Under the pieces are notes generated by a model, which saw only the letters and a program-made list of their open reading frames with translations, was not told the origin of the DNA and did no database searches. A program made the position numbers and the translations under genes. Below, piece after piece: positions 39,450 to 50,127 of a stretch of DNA of 64,000 nucleotides. Position 1 is the stretch's first letter; each line of letters begins with the position of its first letter. The DNA is taken from positions 1 to 64,000 of the forward strand of contig VRMN01000005.1 in assembly GCA_008690995.1 (NCBI GenBank), given 5' to 3'. Source of the stretch: Porphyridium purpureum. Lineage: Eukaryota.

Positions 39450-40742
39450 ATGAGCACAGAAAACGTGCTCCGTAAAAACCCGCCGCAGTGGAAGGACCTG
39501 GCCGGAAAGTATCCGTATCTCAAGCAGTTCCTGGACAGTGAAAACCAGTCGCGCCTGGATTTCAGACGGCCCGGCGCGCATCGTGCCGTGGCAAGAGCCT
39601 TGTTGGCTGAATACTTTGCGTTGGAGGAGTGGGACATCCCGGCGCATTATCTGGCACCTGCTGTCTCGAGTCGTGTAGACTATTTGCTGTGCATTAAGCG
39701 GCTGATCAGTGCCGGCTTCGGTTCGGATCTGAGCGGACTCCAGTTGGGACCGGCCAGCAGTCGAAGCGCCCGACCAACCCGAAAAGTCTTGGACATCGGC
39801 ACAGGGGCGAGTTGTATTTACCCTCTTTTAGGGGTGCGACTATTTCCGGACATTGACTTTTTGGCAACAGACTGTGACGCCGTCGCGCTGGCGTGGGCGA
39901 AGAAAAATGTTGAAGCGCATCCGGACCTCGCAAATCGCATCACGCTGAAATTGGCCCCAATTGCCAACAGTGAGTGCATGCTAGAACATGTGCTGGAGGA
40001 AAATGACAAAGATTTTTTCGATTGCGTCATGACTAATCCACCCTTTTACGACGCAGACACGGCCGAACGACCTGGCGTGCATCCGCACCGTGCCGGCAAT
40101 CCAGAAGGGTCAGTGCAGCAGACGCACACGCCAGGAGGGGAATCCTCTTTCGTTCGGAATCTTGCGCTCGAGAGCTTCCGCTATTCGCGTCGATGCAAGT
40201 GGTTTACGGCACTAGTCGCAAAGAAAAAGGATGCGCAGTTGCTCCTGGAAATGCTAGAGAATGAACTGGGCGCCCCGCACCGACGAATCATCACTCTGTG
40301 TCCTCAAGACAGGACTCGTCGCTGGGTCCTCGTCTGGAGCTTTTGGACTCTTGAGGAACCACTCTGTCGCCTTCAGAACTCTAGCAGTCGGGCTGGCTGG
40401 GCTCTCGATTGCGGAAATTTGGGTCCAGGTATGCAGTTTCTAGACGCTGTGAACCGGTTTGCTCGAGCTGGCTGCGTGAAGGCAGCTGAAGACCGCTGGA
40501 TTGTTCGTATGGATCAGGCATTGGTGACCGAGTCTCGTGAATGTCTGGCAGTGGAGCTGCTTGTCATGACGCGTTTGGAAGCGCATCCGATATCCGTAAA
40601 GCTGCGATTGATCACAAGCTTTCTTCGGCACGCCGTATTTCAGATACAGCTCGTGAACGACCATTCCAGTGGCCCGAAGAACGGCATCCTGAATGAATAC
40701 GTTGAGTCGGTAGAGCGCCAATTACGAAGCTTTCTGTGTTAG
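39450..40742 (+). CDS. METTL16: METTL16/RlmF-family RNA m6A methyltransferase
   Basis: LDF, L.P.V..R.DY, LDIGTGASCIYPLLG, MTNPPFY, GGE..FV, WFT, T.RW.L.WSF. Start at MSTENV. Confidence 0.9.
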   Translation: MSTENVLRKNPPQWKDLAGKYPYLKQFLDSENQSRLDFRRPGAHRAVARALLAEYFALEEWDIPAHYLAPAVSSRVDYLLCIKRLISAGFGSDLSGLQLGPASSRSARPTRKVLDIGTGASCIYPLLGVRLFPDIDFLATDCDAVALAWAKKNVEAHPDLANRITLKLAPIANSECMLEHVLEENDKDFFDCVMTNPPFYDADTAERPGVHPHRAGNPEGSVQQTHTPGGESSFVRNLALESFRYSRRCKWFTALVAKKKDAQLLLEMLENELGAPHRRIITLCPQDRTRRWVLVWSFWTLEEPLCRLQNSSSRAGWALDCGNLGPGMQFLDAVNRFARAGCVKAAEDRWIVRMDQALVTESRECLAVELLVMTRLEAHPISVKLRLITSFLRHAVFQIQLVNDHSSGPKNGILNEYVESVERQLRSFLC

Positions 40743-40767
40743 GTCGATCGTACCAGGCTCACACTTT

Positions 40768-43218
40768 CTATTTTGTCCGGAGCGAACGATGGGCTTCCAT
40801 CAGGATCTCAACTGCGAGTGCCTGCGTGACAGAGTCCTGTGAGGTGACATGGCCGTGTGTGCTTTCGACAGCGCGGACGCAGTGCTGCGCTAGGAGATCC
40901 GACTCAGCGATCATTTGCTCAATGCGCCCCACGGTACCAAGACTTCGGTCGCTTGTGTCTTGTCCGACCACTTTGCTCGTAGCGCACGAAAGTGCCTTGT
41001 CTTCCAGAATACGAGACAATAGCGCTGCGTGGAGCCATGGCATTAGTGCAGTGCTGCATGCGTATCTCAGCTCAACAATGTCACCCTTTTTCTCGTGATG
41101 CCCCAATTCGATATAAAACCGGTCACCGAAGCAGGATTCTAGCGTCGACCTAGTAGCATCGATGTTGGTTTTGCTTTCTTTTACCAAGCGGTGCCAAAGT
41201 GAGCGCATCTCAGTTTCGATGCTGTGGGTGGCAGCAGATGATGAGCAAAGGGATACACATCCCTGTACGTACACCATCCCCAAGGATAAATCAGTACTGA
41301 TCACTTTTGACATACTCAAAAGGTCGACTCGGAAAGAATCCAGAGCGGCACTGAAAGTGAGCTCGCCTCTCGCCGAAGGCCAGTACTGGACGTCAGCCGG
41401 GCTCACAAACAGTATAGAGGGAAAACAGGTAACAGGCATGTACGGGTGAGCCACACAGAGAATAAAGTCAGCCCGTGCACTGAAAGCGGGAGAATCTTCC
41501 GATCCTTGAAACAACACTCGCTCCATAGACTCGATCGGAACATTAAGTGTGCAGGATTTCAAGCATGCGTCGTCGCAGAATGGCGCGTCACCCATGAACT
41601 CACAAAGCAGAACCCACCCAGGGCCGAAAGAAAGTTCTGTACCTGCCTCAAGCGACACTGTCACATGGATCCACGCCTCCTTGTCACCGCCGCTTGAGAA
41701 CGGAAGCACTTTGCGAACTTCACTCGGTCTACACCGTAAAGTCGTCCGGTCCAAACATGCAACAGGCTTCTGCCTGCGGTGGCTGCCGCCGCTACTCGCG
41801 GGCGGAAACCTTGTCTCCTGTACATGTGCTTGCAGTCGCACGGCACACTCGAGACTTTCGACGGCATCGTTGCACCGCATGCCGCGTTCCATGAGCAGAA
41901 TTCGCTCGTCCGCGATCCTATCCAGCTGCTTAAAAATGTCAACCATATTGTGCTGCGACAAATGCCCAGCGCTCATCCGTTCCGGGGATTCCCGCTCAAT
42001 CTCAATCAGCTCTACATGTCCGCTCTCATGAAGGACACAAACTGAGACAGCCGTTCGTTCTAGTTCCATGAACACTTGAGCGTTACAAATTAGGCCGTAC
42101 GAATTGTTATCGTGCGTCACGTCCAGCACACATTCGTGCACTAATCGCGAACCACCTTGTGGGTCGCGGAGGCACTGTACTGAAAATATCCTCCGGACAA
42201 AAGACAGCAGGAATCGATCGTTTCCCGTACTTCCAACAGCCCGAATGGGCTCTGAGTCAGAAAGAGGCAAAACAAGTCGGGCAGCGACCTGAATCGCAGT
42301 GTCCTCGTGCACGGCCGCGCCTCTAGCCCACTTCAGTCCGCCCACAAGCGCAACAGTGCCTGTCATCCCTACGCACAGTGCTTGACTGCCGTCCGCACTC
42401 GCGCACACTGTCGCGAGCGGCTCCGGAAGCACATGAATCAAACTCTCCATGTATCGGACGCTTCCGTCTGCGCCTCCTAGAATAACCCCGTGTGGCGAAT
42501 GAGCGCTCAAGACAGGTTCAATACAGGTAACGTCCGTTCGTGCCGCATCACAAGGGAGCCCCCCTGAGCTAGCATCGTTTGACACCTCTGGGCTCTCGAT
42601 ACCGCGCAAAACCTCAACACTTGTTTCTGTTGTGTGCAGCCACCACATATGCTTGGTCTCATCGTATGTAAGACACCCAAGCTGTTCACCATCTCCATTT
42701 AAGACTCGCACATGGGAGACGCGCAATTCGTTCGATATTCCGGCTTCCATCGGGTAAGTTGGTTGACCGAGACGATCAAAGTCATCGGCAGACACCAAAA
42801 TGTGAACGGTGCGCTCCGCAGAGTCTGCGGCATCAACATCTGCGTCCAGTGGCTGCATGCAAATCCACGCTTGATCACCACCGAGGCGTTCCGGACTCGA
42901 GACCATGACGGCAAAAGCCAGCACCAGCATTGAATCACACCATCGCAGCACGGGCCGCACCTTTTCACACACGCGAACGCGATCATCTCCACACCACACG
43001 ACCGCCCGCATGATGCACCGGCCGTGGCGGTCGACCGCATGCACGTGCCATGCGCCCCAACGCGCCACGTACGCCGCATACGCTACCGCACGTGCGTGTG
43101 CAGCGGAGCCTCGCTGCCCAGTTGCCACAAATAAGGCGTTCGTCGGAACCCATCCTGCACCTCCATGCTCACCACTCTCACTGCCACATCCATCATATGC
43201 AATCCTTCCCAACAACAT
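40768..43218 (-). CDS. Large hypothetical protein, possibly FAAP100-like (beta-propeller, coiled coil, Ig-like)
   Basis: Long ORF. ILGGADGSVRY, a central helix IFKQLDRIADERILL...NDAVESL and SFGPGWVL recall FAAP100, by eye only. Confidence 0.45.
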   Translation of the reverse strand: MLLGRIAYDGCGSESGEHGGAGWVPTNALFVATGQRGSAAHARAVAYAAYVARWGAWHVHAVDRHGRCIMRAVVWCGDDRVRVCEKVRPVLRWCDSMLVLAFAVMVSSPERLGGDQAWICMQPLDADVDAADSAERTVHILVSADDFDRLGQPTYPMEAGISNELRVSHVRVLNGDGEQLGCLTYDETKHMWWLHTTETSVEVLRGIESPEVSNDASSGGLPCDAARTDVTCIEPVLSAHSPHGVILGGADGSVRYMESLIHVLPEPLATVCASADGSQALCVGMTGTVALVGGLKWARGAAVHEDTAIQVAARLVLPLSDSEPIRAVGSTGNDRFLLSFVRRIFSVQCLRDPQGGSRLVHECVLDVTHDNNSYGLICNAQVFMELERTAVSVCVLHESGHVELIEIERESPERMSAGHLSQHNMVDIFKQLDRIADERILLMERGMRCNDAVESLECAVRLQAHVQETRFPPASSGGSHRRQKPVACLDRTTLRCRPSEVRKVLPFSSGGDKEAWIHVTVSLEAGTELSFGPGWVLLCEFMGDAPFCDDACLKSCTLNVPIESMERVLFQGSEDSPAFSARADFILCVAHPYMPVTCFPSILFVSPADVQYWPSARGELTFSAALDSFRVDLLSMSKVISTDLSLGMVYVQGCVSLCSSSAATHSIETEMRSLWHRLVKESKTNIDATRSTLESCFGDRFYIELGHHEKKGDIVELRYACSTALMPWLHAALLSRILEDKALSCATSKVVGQDTSDRSLGTVGRIEQMIAESDLLAQHCVRAVESTHGHVTSQDSVTQALAVEILMEAHRSLRTK

Positions 43219-44286
43219 CGTCCTCCTTCCTGCTTCAAACCCTTTTCGCTCTTTCCTCACACCACCTCTTATCGAGGTGCTCGTTTTCATACCAAGCGGC
43301 AATTCTTTGATAAGATCCTGACAACTCGACTGGGAGAGCGAACGCGCTGCGACACAAGTATGTGCGTGTGTTCCCATCGGCTCATATTGATGGCGTGTAT
43401 CAGACTTTCGAGCGGAGCGGCACACCGCTCGCGCCCGACAAGCCGTCTCGACTCGAGCGGCGCGGCTGAGTGTCGGCAACGTCAAGCTGACTTTGTGTGA
43501 GTACATGTTCGGTTCACACCGTTTTCACAATTGATGAGCCGTCTATCGGCACGTCTCGTGGGAGTACCTCTGTATCGCAGCATCAGCCGAGTTCGACAAG
43601 GGAGCCGCGGGCATTTTTACCTGCGCAGAATCAGGATCGGTGCACGTGGCAGCTTACTGGGTGGTTCCGTCAGCCTGCGCGCAGAGATAGCTCGCGGTTC
43701 CGGTCGCGTTCAACAAGCGGGTCTTGCGGCGTCATGGCGCAAGTGTGTCGATGTCGTGTAGGCGCACACTGAGACAGAAAGCGCTTTTTCAAATGCCGCC
43801 GTTCGAATGTATGTGAATATGGATTGTGCCATAGAAATGTTCAAGCGCGTACGAGAACTGCTACACACAAGCCGGACACGGTTGCTCAGCCAATATCCGG
43901 TCATGCCAAAGTACAGTGATTTCAGTAGTGTTCAGTGGACCAAGGGACATGCCTGACGAGATGCGACTCGGCAAACCGCCTCTGCAACGGTGTGGAGCAC
44001 GCGCACGTACTGATGCACGCTGACCACGCGTCTGGTCAAGTCGCACAAAGAAAACAGTGTGACGTAATCTTTTTATAATACTGACTGAGCTCATAAGGGC
44101 CAATTTGAAGAATTCGCGCGGACACATGTCGGCAGCCAAACGGAATGGACGTTGAACGATGTGCTCGGTTTCACTTGAATCATCGTCAGCGTCGCTCTTG
44201 CCGCCGACCTAGTCGAGGAGTGAAATGCCGAAAGCGCCGTGTCCGACCGCAGCGTTTTGGAATTGTCATGCTTCTTTCTGGATGGT

Positions 44287-45042
44287 TTAAGCTAGCGAAG
44301 CTTGTGGCACTTCTTCCTCCTTTTTACCCTCCTTCGCTTTGGCCTTGGTGGCCTCCCAACGGGCCTTCTTTTTGGCGGCGACGTCTTCAGCCCATGCTAT
44401 GCGGAGGTTCTCGTCGTCCATCATTTCTTTGCTGCAGTTGCCGCACTGGTATGTGCTGTATTCGGCCGGGAGCTCCACGGACGGCTCAAAGTTGACCGTG
44501 CCGCACTCGCACAAGCGCTTAATCCAAAAGCCCGGGTTGTACAGCGGGAACAGCATGCCCTGCTTTGGCTTTTTTGACGATTTCAGGCGCATGAGCTTGA
44601 TGTGCACAGGGTCGGCCTGCGCAGCGCACACAGCCTTGCCGTCCTCGATATGAACCACTGTGCCGTCGCGCTCGTGCGCGCAGATAAGGCACGGCGGTCG
44701 GGTGCCTTTCTGGCGGCGCTCGCGCGTCGGGCGTTCGGCATCTGCCGGCGGGTGCATGGCAAACTCGCTCTCAGCGCCCAACCGCATGCGCTTGATGGGC
44801 TGTCCATCCTCACCAATGACATCTGCGCCATCCGCCTGCGCGTCGGCCGTGGTGGCTGCTGACACGAGGAACGCACTGCCCGACTTTTGCTCGAGCTCGA
44901 GCGCCTTTGTCTGCCAGTCCTCCTTCTCCTTCATGAGCTCCTCCTTCTCCCTACGCAGACTCATCAGCTCGGACTCCTTGCTCTCCAGTGCGTCTGCGAG
45001 CACCTTGATTTCCGGGTCGCCTTCCGCTGGCTTCTCACTCAT
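44287..45042 (-). CDS. Hypothetical protein with coiled coil and Cys/His-rich putative zinc-binding domain
   Basis: Strong coding-like composition; CLICAH, H...C, CECG and CGNC motifs; Lys-rich tail. Confidence 0.75.
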   Translation of the reverse strand: MSEKPAEGDPEIKVLADALESKESELMSLRREKEELMKEKEDWQTKALELEQKSGSAFLVSAATTADAQADGADVIGEDGQPIKRMRLGAESEFAMHPPADAERPTRERRQKGTRPPCLICAHERDGTVVHIEDGKAVCAAQADPVHIKLMRLKSSKKPKQGMLFPLYNPGFWIKRLCECGTVNFEPSVELPAEYSTYQCGNCSKEMMDDENLRIAWAEDVAAKKKARWEATKAKAKEGKKEEEVPQASLA

Positions 45043-47511
45043 GGCGTCCGCTTCGGCTGCGTGCGCTCTGGCCTCTGTTCTATCCACCCTTTCCGTCCAC
45101 CACCTCGGACGCAATGCACCCACGTGTCCAACCGCCTCGCAGCGGGCGTTGCGCGCTGCGCACTCTGCGTGCCGCTTTCACTGCCGTTACCACCACCACG
45201 TCCACGTCCACGTGCACCACCACCACCTCCAGATTTAATTTTCGGTCCCGCGCGGTACAGGACGTCTCTTCCCCCCGTGTTCACTTGCGCCCGTCCTGTT
45301 TCCCGTCGGTACTCTTCGTGCCACACAACTGTTCTCTTCTCTTTCCTGTCCCTCACCGAACCGTCCCCCCCCCCTCTCTTCTTCTTCTCTTGCATAAGCA
45401 CCGAACGTCTCCTCAACACCCCCTGTCTCTTACACGCAGAACCTCGCCCTGTACTTATCATACCACCGCTCCCCTTTTTCTACTACTGACCCAAACACCA
45501 CACTTGCGCGCGCGCGGTCATATAAAAATGCGCATGTTTTATGATTCGCAAAAGCGGTCCAGCGCCGCCGCCACCATTCCGACAGCGCACGCACGTATAG
45601 ACAAAAGGCCTCTATAAAAATGAACTGGTTTTACTTGGTAAAAAGAACCCACCGACACTTGTCAAAATGGCGCGCGGCAACGAGATGGAAAAAGCGCGCG
45701 CTGTACGCAAACGTCCGCACACTGTACATACCCGCATTTGTGAGCGAAATAGTTTCTCCACAAAAAAGCCTCGGCTTTGATATGATTGTTATTGTGATAA
45801 AAGAGCGTGGTTTGTATAGACGTTTTGATGGATATGGTACAGTAGAAGTTCAGTGTATGATCCCGTTTGCGGCAGCGTGCAGTGTGCAGGACTAGGCTTG
45901 CGATGTAGGTGCAATGGCGTGAGCGTCTGGGACGTGGCTCATCAGATTGTACAGCCAATCGGTGCCGCCGCATGAGTCCTGCGACACACGCCTCACTGCC
46001 CGATTGCCCGCATTCGATGGGCTGCTTTTATCGGGCATCGATGCCGAGAGCTCGCCGGGTGCGCGCCACGCAGGCGTCCACTCCGGCAATGATTGGAGCA
46101 CCCGTTGCAATTCAGTGTTCAATTGATTGCCACCGCGCGCCCGTGGTAGGATGAGCGGAATCGTCTGTATATCCTGCGCGTGCTTGGTAGAGCCTTGTGT
46201 GTGCGAACTTCGGAAGGAAGTACAATCTCGAATGCGCGTCTAGCTATCTGTCGCGTATTGGGCCTGCTTTTTTGTCATCCATGGGTCTCGAGGACAAGGG
46301 CACATTGAATCGTGCGAGTTGTGCCCTATCGTGCTAGGGACATCTTCATGGCGCTGCGTGTTATGTGTGCCACTTGCTGATGATATCGCCGTTCACGCTT
46401 CTCAGCAGGCCAGTCCAAGGCTTCTTGGCAGGTGGTGCCGCGTACAGACGTAGACAGCGCGCGTGCAGGTCGATTTGCGCCGAAACTCGGCTTGCGGAGT
46501 CGTTGCGGACCTAAGCGTGAATTTTCGAGTGGTAACTGCTCCAAACATCTTGGTCGGGGCCATGCACCTCACACATCACGTGCCACGCTTTGATCTATAT
46601 ACTGCACATGCGTCTTGGAGACCATCACGTGCACGCGTATTCCAGGCGTTTAAAAAGGCAGACCCAAGTCACAATCATACATATGAATGCTGGGCGCGCA
46701 CGCCATGAGGCAGAACTACCAACGGGTAGTCGCCCGGATGGGCTTGAGGATTCGCTTCAGCAATGCCAGGACATGAAGCAGTCCGTTGCAGAATGGTGAG
46801 GAAAGCGTGCGGGAAAGCAATTTATGAAGCGTTTCCATACCTTTGGAGTCGAGCTCCACCTGGACGAAACAGGCAGGGACGGCGAGCTTCATTCTGTGGT
46901 TGTCGATCCCACGGACGCTGAATGGGGTAGCGAGACAGAGGACATGGACACGATGGTTGGGGACTAAGTGTTCCGTCAACTGAGGGTCGCAACGCTGCAA
47001 ACTTCTCTCAAGTCACAGGGAACAAGGTATGAGTCAACCGGAGCGAGATATTCCTTTGCGAGTTGGAGTCTCTGCCAGACCGGAGCGTTATGACGGCTTT
47101 GGAATCTCGGTGCTGAAACGACAAGTTTCCGGGGCCCGATTGCATCGCTGGCTCCATGCCCATCTTTAGCGCGACGCAAATCGTAAATGCGCGACGCAGA
47201 AGCAGACCGATGAGTTGGGATGTAAATAATGTAGCATGGCCTTCTTTCTCCCCTTCTTCCATTTTCTCCTAGACATGCACAGAAATTCAGGCGTTCATGC
47301 CGAATCGGGTGATATCGAAGAACGCTTACTCGCGATCGCAGGCCACGTGCGAGCTCTGCCACGACCAGGAGTCTGGACGGCAAGAGTCCAGGCCGTGTGC
47401 CTCTTGCGCGGTTTTCTGCAAATCGCAAAATTTACTTCTACGCGCAGTGTATTTTGAACGCCGCAACTTGCTGCAGACACGAAACGCTGACGCGCTTGGC
47501 GCGGTCTAGTG

Positions 47512-49962
47512 ATGGAGGAGCGACCGATGTTGTCACCGCAGGCACATCCGCATCCACATTTGCAATCAGAAGCGCCACCGCAGCATAGTACAGAACAATC
47601 TACTGGCGAAGAGGATGAATCTCAAGCCGGTCAGGCGCGTGCTTGGCAGGAGTTACGGCGCGCGATTGGAGCCGCGCTCGACGAGGTCAAGAGCGCGCGA
47701 GACGTGAAGGATGTGTGCATACAGCTGCTGCGCTTGAATCTCGTGCGCGGTCGAGGCGTATTCGTGCGGTGTGTCATTGACGCGGCGAATGCAGCATCCA
47801 TCCGACAGCAGCGGTGGCAGGAGCAGAATCAGAACAAGCCAAACGAGCGTCCCGAGCGGAAACGTAGTCATCGACAGATAGGCTTTCCCCCGCGGATAGC
47901 TATGTTTGCGGCCGTCGTGTGTGTGGTGAATGCAAAAATTCCTCCCATTGGAGAGCTGCTCGTGTGCCGCCTTGTCAGAGAGCTGCGTGCCGCGTTGACA
48001 AGGCGGCACAAACAAAGTGCGACGGCTGCCTGCCGCTTTCTCGCGCATTTAACGAATCAGCACGTGTGTAGTGAGTTGCTGGCGCTAGAGACTCTAAGCT
48101 TACTGCTGGAGGACTATTCGAACATGTCTGTCGAGGTTGCTGTACAGTTCATGCTCGAATGCGGCATGCACTTGATGGAGAATGCCAAGAGTAGCGCGTT
48201 GCTGGTCTTTGACCGGTTCCGCTTTCTTCTGCAGGAACACAAACTGGGCAGATTTGCAGAAGGCCAAGTGGAGGTACTAATGAACGCCTTCAGAAAGGAC
48301 TTTTCTGCGTATCCGAGCATCGCGCAAGAGTTAGATGTTCTCTCGGACGATGAAAAGATCACGCACGAAATCGGGCTCGAAAATAACGAGCTTGACATGG
48401 ATGCAGAGGCAGCAAACCCCAAACTTGACGCTTTCCGCTTCGATGAGCAGTACTCGCAGCATGAAAATACGTACAAAGAGGCGGCGCGCAGCATTCTTGG
48501 TGCGGCATTCGACGACGTTCCCAAGGCTGCCGCCCAAGTCCCTTCCGAGCTCGATCAAAACGAAGCCGAGCAGAGTACGAAACATGTAGCAGAGTCAAAT
48601 CTTGCACCGACTCGTGACATGACTGACGCAGAAGTGATGACGTTTCGCAAAAGTGTCTATTTGACTATTATGTCCGCACTCTCAGCCGAGGAAGCAGCAC
48701 ACAAGCTCTTCAATCTGATCGGAAGGAACCCGGGACAGGAGCCGCAGCTTTGCAGTATGATCGTAGAAAGCTGCACACAAGAGCGTGCGTACATTGATAT
48801 CTATGCAACTCTCGCGATTCGCTTCTGTCACTTACAACCTTCCACGTACACAATGTTGTACGAGGATCTCTTTGCACTCAAGTACGCCATGGTGCACCAG
48901 CTGGAAACAGGCAAAATTAGGAATCTGTCCAAATTTTTTGCCGCTTTGTTGGAGCAGCGTGCTCTTCCATGGAGTATTCTCGAGCTGATCACCCTCACTC
49001 AGGAGGACACAACGAGCTCGAGCCGCATCTTTCTCAAGTTCTTGTTTCAGCAGCTGGCCGAATCTCTCGGCGTGCAAAATCTTCGAGCCATTCTGCTCGA
49101 TGAGGCGCTAACCGAACCCATGGCGGGCTTGCTTCCAATGCAATCTGACGACATTCATCGCCTTCGCTTTTCAATCAACTTTTTCACAAGCATTGGGCTC
49201 GGGGCCTTGACAGATGAGATGCGTGCGCGTTTCAAGTATTTGCAAGAGCTCTCGCTCAAACAGAGGCAAACGGCCCGTAATGCCACTGCCGATAGTGAGG
49301 ACGAGTCCGAGGAGGACGATGTTGATGTAGAAAACCACTCAGGCTTGAGAAGTCACGATCTGAAAGAAAGCAAGGTCGCTGGTCAAAGCTCTCGCCCTAA
49401 AGGAGATCTGGAGCGCAGTCATCACAGAAGGAATGGCAAGCACGGACGCTCAGAGGGTCTTCAACCACAGGATCGGTCTATGGAGCCGCAAAGAATCCAC
49501 GAAAGGCACGCAAGCAAGCACAAACACAGGCCGTCCAGGAGAAGAAAACGCAGCGAGAGTGAATCAGAGAGTTCATCTTCTAGCTCCACGTGCAGCGATT
49601 CTTCGGAAAGCTCGTCTTCATGTTCAACTTGTAGCTCCTCGAGCAGTTCATCGTATGATCAGAAGGATTATCGCTTATCCAAGCGCCACAAACGCGCGCG
49701 AGCTCGGAATCACGATGACACGTCTACCTCGAGTTCTGAATTTGATTCTCTTCCGTCCGGCACGTTCTCGAAAAGGCAGAAGAAGAGCAAGGCCAGAAAG
49801 CTTTCATTGCGAAAGACTGAGCCTAGAGTGAAGTCGAAATCGAAACCAAAGCCCAGGCGGTCACCGGGGTCGGGACGAACCAAAAAGCGTTCCGGTTCAG
49901 ATGATCGCGCACGTCAAGAGCGCAAAAATCGTTCGAGGAAACGCGAAAGACGACGCGCTTGA
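47512..49962 (+). CDS. CWC22: Pre-mRNA splicing factor CWC22
   Basis: NLVRGRG.F, AAVV.VVNAKIP.IGELL (MIF4G); FRKSVYLTIMS.LS.EEAAHKL (MI); TTSSSRIFLK.LFQ, RFSINFFTSIGLGALT; RS/K-rich tail. Confidence 0.95.
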   Translation: MEERPMLSPQAHPHPHLQSEAPPQHSTEQSTGEEDESQAGQARAWQELRRAIGAALDEVKSARDVKDVCIQLLRLNLVRGRGVFVRCVIDAANAASIRQQRWQEQNQNKPNERPERKRSHRQIGFPPRIAMFAAVVCVVNAKIPPIGELLVCRLVRELRAALTRRHKQSATAACRFLAHLTNQHVCSELLALETLSLLLEDYSNMSVEVAVQFMLECGMHLMENAKSSALLVFDRFRFLLQEHKLGRFAEGQVEVLMNAFRKDFSAYPSIAQELDVLSDDEKITHEIGLENNELDMDAEAANPKLDAFRFDEQYSQHENTYKEAARSILGAAFDDVPKAAAQVPSELDQNEAEQSTKHVAESNLAPTRDMTDAEVMTFRKSVYLTIMSALSAEEAAHKLFNLIGRNPGQEPQLCSMIVESCTQERAYIDIYATLAIRFCHLQPSTYTMLYEDLFALKYAMVHQLETGKIRNLSKFFAALLEQRALPWSILELITLTQEDTTSSSRIFLKFLFQQLAESLGVQNLRAILLDEALTEPMAGLLPMQSDDIHRLRFSINFFTSIGLGALTDEMRARFKYLQELSLKQRQTARNATADSEDESEEDDVDVENHSGLRSHDLKESKVAGQSSRPKGDLERSHHRRNGKHGRSEGLQPQDRSMEPQRIHERHASKHKHRPSRRRKRSESESESSSSSSTCSDSSESSSSCSTCSSSSSSSYDQKDYRLSKRHKRARARNHDDTSTSSSEFDSLPSGTFSKRQKKSKARKLSLRKTEPRVKSKSKPKPRRSPGSGRTKKRSGSDDRARQERKNRSRKRERRRA

Positions 49963-50127
49963 CTCAACCAGAGCCATTCCGGGTCTTTGCTTCTGCTGCT
50001 CGGAACAACGCCTTATGAACAAAGTAAAAGGTTTGACGGTGCGGGACCGTGAGTGCGCGTAATTGCCGACATCGTGAAACCAGCTTCGGCGCGGGGACAA
50101 GAAGTATGAACACCAGCGCGTGTGCGC

